Below, one piece after another: positions 36,578-44,140 of a stretch of 64,000 nt of DNA. The stretch's first letter is position 1; every line of letters starts with the position of its first letter. A program made the position numbers and the translations under genes. The notes beneath the pieces are model-generated. The model saw only the letters and a list, made by a program, of their open reading frames with translations. It had not been told where the DNA came from and searched no databases. This stretch comes from Candidatus Dormiibacterota bacterium (GTDB lineage: Bacteria; Chloroflexota; Dormibacteria; Dormibacterales; Dormibacteraceae). The DNA lies in the NCBI GenBank assembly GCA_036570165.1, contig DATCPI010000116.1, forward strand, positions 28,107-92,106, read 5' to 3'.

Positions 36578-36887
36578 ACGAGCAGGATCCGAGGCATAAA
36601 AAAGGCTCGGGCCGGGCGATTTCTCGACACCGGCTCCGAGCTTGGCTGCGGGGGGTGAGGATCTAACTGATGATGATGACCCCGAATTAACTTTTCCTCT
36701 CTGCTCCCATCCCTTTGACGGTGCGCGCGCGCAGACGCGCACGTTAAAAGTGTAGGAGTGAAGAGGCGCGGAATCCGCGAGCAATTTGTTGGATCTGTGC
36801 ACTTTTTCAACGACGAAACGACTACGTCAGTCGGGGATTACCAAGCCTGAGCAGTTGTGCAGGCGACCGCCAGATGCTTAGGATGCG

Positions 36888-37268
36888 TTGGTTTCAGCAA
36901 ACGAATTGCACACTTTGATCACATCGAACGATTTAGCAACTCGCCTTGGCGTGAGCCGGGCCACCGTTCTTCGCGCCGTGGCGAGGGGGCTCCTCAAGCC
37001 CGCCTCTGTCACCCCGGGAGGCCACCGCCGATTCCTGCCTGAGGACATCGAGGACCTAGCCGGCCGGCTTGAGGCGCGGCCCGCGGAGCTGGTCAGCTCG
37101 AAAGAGGCGGCGCGGCTCCTCGGGGTCAGCCAGCAGACGGTGAACCGGGCCGCCCGGGAAGGGCGGCTGCATCCAGCCTCGGTCACGCCGGGCGGGCATC
37201 GACGCTTTTCCCGCTCGGCGATCTATGACTCGCTGCGCGAAGTCGATCACAACGGGACGAGAGCCTGA
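36888..37268 (+). CDS. Tandem-duplicated BldC/excisionase-type (MerR-like HTH_17) DNA-binding protein
   Basis: There are two homologous halves: LATRLGVSRATVLRAVARGLLKPASVTPGGHRRFLPEDIEDL and AARLLGVSQQTVNRAAREGRLHPASVTPGGHRRFSRSAIYDSL. Start is uncertain (in-frame TTG at 36888, 36906 and 36915). Confidence 0.7.
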   Translation: MVSANELHTLITSNDLATRLGVSRATVLRAVARGLLKPASVTPGGHRRFLPEDIEDLAGRLEARPAELVSSKEAARLLGVSQQTVNRAAREGRLHPASVTPGGHRRFSRSAIYDSLREVDHNGTRA

Positions 37269-39694
37269 TGGCGGGGGACGAATCGGGTTCGCATTCGGAG
37301 CCGCGGGCTGACCGCGGTCAGCTCGTCTGGAGCATCCTTCTGAACCTCATCCTGATCGCCGCGGTCGTCCTTGGGGTGATACCCATCGTCGCCATCGCTC
37401 GTGGCTTTGTCGAGCTGGTGACCGAGTCGAAGACTCGCAGCGGGGCGGACTGGGTCGGATACGGGTTCGCGTTCACCGGCCTGTTTCTCGGTGCGGTCTT
37501 CTTCGCATATGCGATCAAGTACTACCTCAGCACGGCCATCGTGCTGCTGACGACGCTGGCGTTCGGGGGTCCTCGCAACGGCAACGGCAACGGCAACGGT
37601 CACGGCTCGCCGAACCTCACCGGCCACAGCCGCATCAACGCCAATGGCAACGGCAACGGCTACCACATCGATCTCGGCTATCACCCGTTCGTCTCAATCC
37701 ACGTCGCCGCATACAACGAAAAGCGCGTCATCGAGCGCCTTCTCCAAGCACTCGACCAGCTCGAGTACCCCGAGTACGAGGTCGTCGTGGTCGATGACTC
37801 GAACGATGAGTCGGTGCAGATACTGCAGGCATGGCGGAACAGGCCACGCTTCAAGATCCTCCACCGCGCCACCCGCAAGGGGTACAAGGGGGGCGCGCTC
37901 CAGGAGGCGCTGAAGGTCACCGACCCCAGGGCCGAATACATCGTCGTCTTCGACGCCGACTCGGTCCCATTCCCGGACTCGATCGATCGTCTTCTGCCTC
38001 ATTTCTATCGAGTCAGCGAGGGCACGGCCAACCGGATGCTGGAGTCGAACTTCGGTCGCGCTGAGCCTCCGTCGGAACCTGGGCAGATCAAGCGCAGGAC
38101 AGAGGTCGCGGCCGTGCAGAGCTACCAGTGGCACGTCCTCAACAAGTCGGAGAGCTGGCTGACCGAAGCCGTGAGGGCCGAATACTCCGGCAGCTACATG
38201 GTCGAGCGCCCATTCCAGGACGCCGTCGGCGCTCTGAAGATGATCGCGGGCACCGCCTACATGATTCGCGCGGACGTCCTGCGCCAGGTCGGCTGGGGCA
38301 CGAGCATCACGGAGGACTGGGAGCTCACGCTCAAGCTCTACGCGCGCGGCTACAAGGTCGCCTACACGCCCTGGGCTGAGACGCCCGCCGAATGCGTCAG
38401 CACGTTCGCTCGGCTCGCCCGTCAGCGAATGCGGTGGGCCGAAGGCCACACCTACAACGTGCGCAAGTGGTTCCTGCCGATCATGCGGTCACCCTTTTTG
38501 ACCCCGCTGGAGAAGGGAGAGTTCCTCTTCGACTCCACCTATTACCTGCAGGCCGGGCTCTTCGTGGTCGGGACAGTGAGCTGGCTCATGTCGGAGACCG
38601 TGTTTCACACCCACGTGCCCGGCTGGACAGCGGTGCTCGGATGGTCGCTGCTCTTCTCCAACATCTTCGCGCTGCCGCTGATGAACCTGGGAGGGCTGAT
38701 CCTGGAAGAAGCCCCGAGGCGCGACATGCAGGGAGTATTTGGCGCGTTGGTGCTGTCCTTTGCGCTGGTTCCATTTCAGGGCTGGGCGGCTTTCAAGGGC
38801 CTCGTCAGCAAGGACGAAGGGCCGTGGTTCCGAACCCCAAAGACGGGTCGCGTCACAGACGAGGTCCACCACCTTCGCCGGCTCCAGCTCTTGCGGCGGT
38901 GGCTGTTGGGCCGGCGGGCTCGGCGACTGGAACTGACACCGATTGCCCGCACGGCGACGCCGGCGGTGGCACGCACCGTAATTCGGTCGCGGAATCGGTG
39001 GATCGGCTGGGGAGTCGCCCTCGCCATGCTCGCGTCCTTCGGCGGTTTGGCCTGGCTGGCTTCGCGTGCCCCTGTCGTCAGCGCCGCAGGCAACCCCCTG
39101 TACCTGCACGGCGGCGGCGTGGCGCCATGCACCGCCAGCACGCTCGACCAGGCGATCGGGATCCGGCCATTGGCGTCTGCGTGCTCGATCGGTGTGGGGA
39201 TCACGACGACCTGGGGATTCACGAACCTGCCTGCGCAGACCGTGGCCGCGGGGATCTGGAGCTTCACCATGTACTGGAGCGGGGGAACCGGGAACGCCAG
39301 CAACACGGTGGCGGTCAGCGCCGGCGTGTCCCTGACCGCCAGCTGCGCGACGTTCGTCGCGACGATCCCGAATCCGGGCACCACGTGGACGACGGACTTT
39401 GGATCTCTAGCCACGAACACCTCGAGCCCGTTCACCGTGAGCACAAGCGCGAGCCAGCTGCCGCTGGTGATTCCGCCAGGTGGGTCCCTTTGTCTGTCCG
39501 TCACTCTGACGCACAACACCGGCGGACCCGTGTTGATGCTCTATGACGGGGCGGCCGGCGTCGCGGACACGCGGGCGGTCCCGCCGAGCATCATCGTGCC
39601 CGAGTCAGTCCTGGGCCTGGTGGGGTTTGCCCTCCTGATACCTCTATTCACACGCCGCAAGCGCGTCCTCGAGCTCTTTAGGTTTCGGACATGA
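37268..39694 (+). CDS. Processive-type family 2 glycosyltransferase (synthase) with an extra C-terminal TM anchor, a ~190-aa extracytoplasmic domain and a PEP-CTERM-like tail
   Basis: The GT2 core has VSIHVAAYNE, VVVVDDSNDES, VVFDADSVP, ITEDWELT and the QxxRW motif RQRMRWAEG, plus multiple TM segments. The module at 38999-39694 is described in the findings. The ATG overlaps the upstream TGA (TGATG). Confidence 0.85.
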   Translation: MAGDESGSHSEPRADRGQLVWSILLNLILIAAVVLGVIPIVAIARGFVELVTESKTRSGADWVGYGFAFTGLFLGAVFFAYAIKYYLSTAIVLLTTLAFGGPRNGNGNGNGHGSPNLTGHSRINANGNGNGYHIDLGYHPFVSIHVAAYNEKRVIERLLQALDQLEYPEYEVVVVDDSNDESVQILQAWRNRPRFKILHRATRKGYKGGALQEALKVTDPRAEYIVVFDADSVPFPDSIDRLLPHFYRVSEGTANRMLESNFGRAEPPSEPGQIKRRTEVAAVQSYQWHVLNKSESWLTEAVRAEYSGSYMVERPFQDAVGALKMIAGTAYMIRADVLRQVGWGTSITEDWELTLKLYARGYKVAYTPWAETPAECVSTFARLARQRMRWAEGHTYNVRKWFLPIMRSPFLTPLEKGEFLFDSTYYLQAGLFVVGTVSWLMSETVFHTHVPGWTAVLGWSLLFSNIFALPLMNLGGLILEEAPRRDMQGVFGALVLSFALVPFQGWAAFKGLVSKDEGPWFRTPKTGRVTDEVHHLRRLQLLRRWLLGRRARRLELTPIARTATPAVARTVIRSRNRWIGWGVALAMLASFGGLAWLASRAPVVSAAGNPLYLHGGGVAPCTASTLDQAIGIRPLASACSIGVGITTTWGFTNLPAQTVAAGIWSFTMYWSGGTGNASNTVAVSAGVSLTASCATFVATIPNPGTTWTTDFGSLATNTSSPFTVSTSASQLPLVIPPGGSLCLSVTLTHNTGGPVLMLYDGAAGVADTRAVPPSIIVPESVLGLVGFALLIPLFTRRKRVLELFRFRT

Positions 39695-40275
39695 GAACTC
39701 GAGACCGCGACAACCTCAACCTGACGCTGCTTGCGCTGCTGTGTGCGCTGCTCATGCTGCTGCCGTTGGTGACGACTTTCGACGACCTCCTCACTGCGTG
39801 GGCGATGGGGCTCGGTGCGAACAACCCATTGCAAACGATCGTCCCGGTCGAGGCGCGGATGGTGGTGGGTCTCCTCGGCCTGGCGGGAATACATGCGGCG
39901 GCGTCCGGAAGTCACCTCGTGGTCTGGGATGGGAGCGGCGCGATGCACACTCTGTACATCTCGTGGAACTGCATCGGTTGGCAGAGCCTGATCCTGCTTG
40001 GTGTAAGTTTGCTGTCCGGCCTGCGCGGGCGACATCCACTCGAAGCTCGCGTCCAGGTCATCGTCATCGGCGTTGCCGGCACGATGCTGCTCAACCTCTT
40101 GCGCGTCGCTGCGGTCGCGGGCATCGCCGCTACGGTCGGCGTCACGCCCGCCGTCCTCTTTCACGATTACGGAGGCACGATCCTTCTCATCTCATTCCTC
40201 TTTGTGTTCTGGATGTTCGTTCAACGGTGGATTCTCGGTTCGGTGCCGTCAGACGAGCTTGAGGTGGCCGCGTGA
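39691..40275 (+). CDS. Minimal exosortase/archaeosortase-family protein (194 aa)
   Basis: Polytopic protein with ordered motifs: ISWNCIGWQSL (Cys94), LLNLLRVAAV (Arg138) and VLFHDYGGTIL (His158). The spacing resembles the Cys/Arg/His core of exosortases. ATGA overlap with the GT2 gene. Confidence 0.7.
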   Translation: MRTRDRDNLNLTLLALLCALLMLLPLVTTFDDLLTAWAMGLGANNPLQTIVPVEARMVVGLLGLAGIHAAASGSHLVVWDGSGAMHTLYISWNCIGWQSLILLGVSLLSGLRGRHPLEARVQVIVIGVAGTMLLNLLRVAAVAGIAATVGVTPAVLFHDYGGTILLISFLFVFWMFVQRWILGSVPSDELEVAA

Positions 40276-42500
40276 ACCGATGGCTTCGACTCGTCCTTCA
40301 GACAGCCCTTGGCCTGGTGCTGCTGTGGTTGTGGCTGCGCACCGTTTCGCTCACCGAGGTGATGAGCCATGCGCGAGTCCACAGCTGGGCCCCGGTGCTC
40401 CTGATGATCGCCCTCTTCCTACTGACGAGCCTCATCAGGGCCCGCCGCTGGCTGATTCTGCTGCGCCCGCTCGCCCCGGTCGGGATGGTCAGGGCGTTTG
40501 CCATGAACGCGGCCGGCGGACTCCTCAACTACGTGCTGCCGATTCGCTCGGGAGACGCCGCGCGCGCGTGGTGGCTGTGGCGGCGCCATCGCGTGCCGGC
40601 GGGATCGGCCCTGGCCACCATCGTGGTCGACAAGGCCTGCGACCTCGCCGCGGTGGCATTCGTCCTGGCGCTGCTCGAGGTGATCGCCTTGACCGGGATC
40701 GTGAGCGCTCCGCGCGGGCTCCTGGGCGCTGCCGCCCTGGCGGTCGCGCTGCTTGTCGCCGTGCTGGGAACGGCGCTGCTCGGCCCGCGGCTGGCGCGGT
40801 CATGGCTGGCCAAAAGGTTGCTGCCATCACGATTTGCGACGGCGATCGCGGGTCAAGCCTTTGCGTTCCGGGCCGGGGCTCGAGGTTTGTGGACTCCGGC
40901 GCTGGCAAGCCGGCTTGCCCTCCTGACGGTGCTGGCGTTGGTGATCGACGCCTTCAACTTCACGCTGCTGTTCGCCGCGGTGGGGATCTCGGTTCCGCCG
41001 CTGAAGGCGATGGCCGCGTATCCAGCGCTGCTGCTGAGCTTCGCCGTTCCGGCCGGGCCTGGATACGTCGGCAACCTGGAGGTGGCGGGGTCGCTGGTCC
41101 TGGGTGGCGGCCTGGGGTTGGCCCCGGCGGTTGCCGCCGGCGCCATCGTCCTGTACCACGCGCTCACAGCGGGATACGCCCTCGTCCTTGGACTCCTGGG
41201 CTTCCTTCTCGTCGGGGGCCGGCGCGCTGTTCGCGCCGGGGGGCCGCGCCGCGTAGCGGTCTTCCATTGCGGATTCACGTATTCGGGCGGCGGCGAGCGG
41301 ATCGTCATCGAAGAGGTGTTGGGACTACGAAGACGTGGTTACGACGTGGAGTGCTACGCGCCGACCGTCGATGAGTCGCGGTGCTACCCGGATTTGATTG
41401 GCGAGGCGCGCGTCCGAACTTTTCTGCCGCAGCTGCCGCGCTGGTTCCCGTTGCGGGAGGCAGTTCAGATGGCGGCTACTTCTTTGCTGATGCCTCTTTA
41501 TGCGTGGCGCTTTCGCGGAGTCGACGCCATCGTCGGGTGCAACCAGCCGAGCGCATGGATCGCCTGGTGGGCGGCGAGGTTGATGGACGTGCCCTACGTG
41601 GTCTATCTGAACCAGCCGAATCGCCTGGTGTATCCGCGCAACATCGACCGCGAGACGGGATGGGTGGCCAACGCCGACTACAGGCTGCTGGCGGCGATCG
41701 TGCTGCGCGCGACGCGATTCGTTGCGTGGGCCGACCGGCGCTCCGTGCAGGAGGCGGACCAGCTGCTCGTCAACGGCGATTACATCGGCGACATCATCCG
41801 GCGCACTTATCGTCGCGAAGCGGCTGATTGCCCGGCGGGTTGCCATGTTGCCGCGTCGGGCTTTCCGCTGCCCGTCGATGCGCGCTTTGCAGGTGGTTTG
41901 ACCATCAACGGTTATCCGATCCGGCGGCCGTACGTGCTGCTGACCAATCGTCACTACCCGCAGAAGCGATTCGACCTCGCGATCAGGGCGATCGCCGAGG
42001 TGCGCAAGCTCCACCCGCGAGTACAGCTCGTGATACCGGGTCCCTTCACTACACACACGGAGTCGCTCCAGGCACTGGTCGCGGAGCTGGGGCTGGCGGA
42101 GGCAGTGCTCTTCCTCGGCCCGATTGCAGAAGACGAGCTGCAGAAGCTGTACGAGGGAGCCGCCGTCTACGTATATCCGGCACCTGAGGAAGATTTCGGC
42201 ATGGGGGTCATCGAGTCGATGGCCAAGGGCGTGCCGGTGGTGGCGTGGAACCAGGCGGGGCCGACGGTCACTGTCGGGCCTGGCACGGGGCACCTTGCGG
42301 AGCCGCTCGTGGTGAGCGATTACGCGGCGGGCATCTCGCGGCTGCTTGACGATCCGTCGGAGAACCAGGCGACGGGAACACGTGCGTTCGAATGGGCGCG
42401 GCGGTTTGACTGGGAACGACACATCGACACGATGGAAAAGGTCGTCCTCGAGGTGGCACGCTCCCACGAACGATTCGCGGCGGAGGCTGCCACCGCTTGA
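40272..42500 (+). CDS. Flippase-like (LPG-synthase-TM / UPF0104) membrane domain fused to a GT4 (GT-B) glycosyltransferase
   Basis: The N-terminal ~320 aa are polytopic and carry LIRARRWLILLRPL...AGGLLNYVLPIRSGDAARAWWL. The C-terminus has a GT4 E-x7-E region (EEDFGMGVIESMAKGVPVVA). GTGA overlap. Confidence 0.8.
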   Translation: MNRWLRLVLQTALGLVLLWLWLRTVSLTEVMSHARVHSWAPVLLMIALFLLTSLIRARRWLILLRPLAPVGMVRAFAMNAAGGLLNYVLPIRSGDAARAWWLWRRHRVPAGSALATIVVDKACDLAAVAFVLALLEVIALTGIVSAPRGLLGAAALAVALLVAVLGTALLGPRLARSWLAKRLLPSRFATAIAGQAFAFRAGARGLWTPALASRLALLTVLALVIDAFNFTLLFAAVGISVPPLKAMAAYPALLLSFAVPAGPGYVGNLEVAGSLVLGGGLGLAPAVAAGAIVLYHALTAGYALVLGLLGFLLVGGRRAVRAGGPRRVAVFHCGFTYSGGGERIVIEEVLGLRRRGYDVECYAPTVDESRCYPDLIGEARVRTFLPQLPRWFPLREAVQMAATSLLMPLYAWRFRGVDAIVGCNQPSAWIAWWAARLMDVPYVVYLNQPNRLVYPRNIDRETGWVANADYRLLAAIVLRATRFVAWADRRSVQEADQLLVNGDYIGDIIRRTYRREAADCPAGCHVAASGFPLPVDARFAGGLTINGYPIRRPYVLLTNRHYPQKRFDLAIRAIAEVRKLHPRVQLVIPGPFTTHTESLQALVAELGLAEAVLFLGPIAEDELQKLYEGAAVYVYPAPEEDFGMGVIESMAKGVPVVAWNQAGPTVTVGPGTGHLAEPLVVSDYAAGISRLLDDPSENQATGTRAFEWARRFDWERHIDTMEKVVLEVARSHERFAAEAATA

Positions 42501-44125
42501 GGCTGCTGCCCAGGATCCTTCCCACCGAAGAGGAAGAGGAGCAGCGACTCGAGCAGCCAGATCCCGAGCCCCTGGGAGACACGAACGGTCCGTCGCTTCA
42601 TTGGGGCGGGCCGGCAATCGTGGCGGCGGGCGCCGCGATCCCGCGTCTCATTTATCTGTTCGCGTTCACGGATCCACAGAACGCAGGCCACGGGTTCACG
42701 GATGCCTATCACCACTGGCAAATTGCCTACTTGACCAAAGAGATCGGGCTCACCCACGGGCTACGCCTTTGGGACTTGCGGGGATGGGAGTACTACTGGG
42801 GGCTGCTGCACCCGGCTCTCACGGACCTTCTCTTTTTCGCCACCGGGTCACCGGACATCGTGCTGGCCCGGCTCCTGAGTCTTGTCTTCGGCTCCCTCAC
42901 CGTGGTGCTGATTTTTCTTCTCTGCCATCGCTACTGGGGCACAACCGTTGCGGTGGCCGCCAGCGCGTTTGCCGCGCTGGCACCGGCGAGCGTCTTCAAC
43001 GATGTCGCCGGCATGGCCGAACCGATTGGAGTCGCCCTGGTTCTCTTTGGAATCTGGTTGACGCCGAGGCATGGTTTCTGGGCAGGCGTGTCCTGGGCGT
43101 GCGCGGCGATGGCGAGGGTAGAGGCGTGGCTCTTCGGAGCGGGTCTGATCGTTGCCTGGCTGTTGGGAAGACGTCGGGGTCAGCCGCGGTGGTCGTTGGC
43201 GGCCGGCTGGGTGCTTGTGCTGGCTCTCTATGCGAAGTTTCTTTACGACCGGACCGGAAATCCCATCTATCCCGTCTACTGGAGCTTCCAGTTCGTCGCA
43301 TTTGGAGGGTTCGACTCGGGAGCGGTGGTTCCATCGGGCCAGGAGATGCTGGGGTTGCCGCTGGCTGGAGCCGTTGCGGTCTCGGCTGCCGGACTCGCTT
43401 GGTCCTTGTGGAAGCGACCACCTTCGTATTTGCTTCTCGTCTACGGATTCGGTTATTCGGCGTACAGCTTCGCCACGTTCCTGAAGGTCGATGACTGGAA
43501 AGAACGCCGCTTTGAGTTTCCAATGGACTTTGCCGCCATCCTCGTCGCAGTTCTGCTGTTCAAAGTCCTTCCGGAGCGGCGTCGGGGACTCGAGCCTCTA
43601 GGGTGGGCGATCGCGATTGCGGGTCTCCTGGTCGTCCAGATCTTTTGGATCCCGATCCAGAGTGCGTATTCCGCCACCGAACCTGGGTTCCGGGATCAGG
43701 TGCGCCTGGGACGTGCGATCGGGGTGGTCTACAACCGTCCGGAGTACAAGGGCGGGGGACTGACCGTGCCGGGCGACGATCCAACTCTGGTCTACGTATT
43801 GGTGCGTAACGAAAAGGTTCCGGGCGCTCGAATCTCGAGTGAGTTCTACGATCCTTTCTATTACCTGCCAGCCGGCTACCGGTATGCCGACCATAAGGAG
43901 AGCGTCGGAGCGTTGCTGAAATGCTGGCTGGCAAGCACGCAAACCCGGCTGCTCTTGGTGACGCCGCCCAGCGCGTTCAATCACTCGGTGGCGGATTACA
44001 ACGCCTTCATCGCCGACCATTCCCAGTGGTTTGTAGATACCGGGGCTCAATTGGACCCAGGGTGGTCACTCGTGGCTGTTCAGGTGCCAGCCCCTGGCCC
44101 GCACGAGTGCCCAGGGTCAGGGTAG
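42497..44125 (+). CDS. Polytopic membrane protein, GT-C (ArnT/PMT-like) putative glycosyltransferase
   Basis: About 11 hydrophobic segments, an acidic/aromatic first loop (FTDAYHHWQIAY) and a soluble C-terminal domain. Family assignment is by architecture only. TTGA overlap. Confidence 0.5.
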   Translation: MRLLPRILPTEEEEEQRLEQPDPEPLGDTNGPSLHWGGPAIVAAGAAIPRLIYLFAFTDPQNAGHGFTDAYHHWQIAYLTKEIGLTHGLRLWDLRGWEYYWGLLHPALTDLLFFATGSPDIVLARLLSLVFGSLTVVLIFLLCHRYWGTTVAVAASAFAALAPASVFNDVAGMAEPIGVALVLFGIWLTPRHGFWAGVSWACAAMARVEAWLFGAGLIVAWLLGRRRGQPRWSLAAGWVLVLALYAKFLYDRTGNPIYPVYWSFQFVAFGGFDSGAVVPSGQEMLGLPLAGAVAVSAAGLAWSLWKRPPSYLLLVYGFGYSAYSFATFLKVDDWKERRFEFPMDFAAILVAVLLFKVLPERRRGLEPLGWAIAIAGLLVVQIFWIPIQSAYSATEPGFRDQVRLGRAIGVVYNRPEYKGGGLTVPGDDPTLVYVLVRNEKVPGARISSEFYDPFYYLPAGYRYADHKESVGALLKCWLASTQTRLLLVTPPSAFNHSVADYNAFIADHSQWFVDTGAQLDPGWSLVAVQVPAPGPHECPGSG

Positions 44126-44140
44126 TGCGCACGGCGACTT

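Noticed and set aside
36670-36690. Mini-ORF ATGATGATGACCCCGAATTAA (MMMTPN) with GGTGAGGA 7 nt upstream, between repeat copy B and the HTH gene
   Set aside because: It is too short to evaluate and has no attenuator-like alternative structures that I could see. It could be a chance occurrence in the only AT-richer spacer and is mentioned only for completeness.
36714-36884. Promoter candidates for the glycan operon (TTGACG at 36714 with TTAAAA 23 nt later; TTGTGC-N18-TAGGAT at 36855-36884)
   Set aside because: The spacing of the first pair is too long. The second places the -10 box only 3 nt before the annotated TTG start. Neither can be supported without TSS data.
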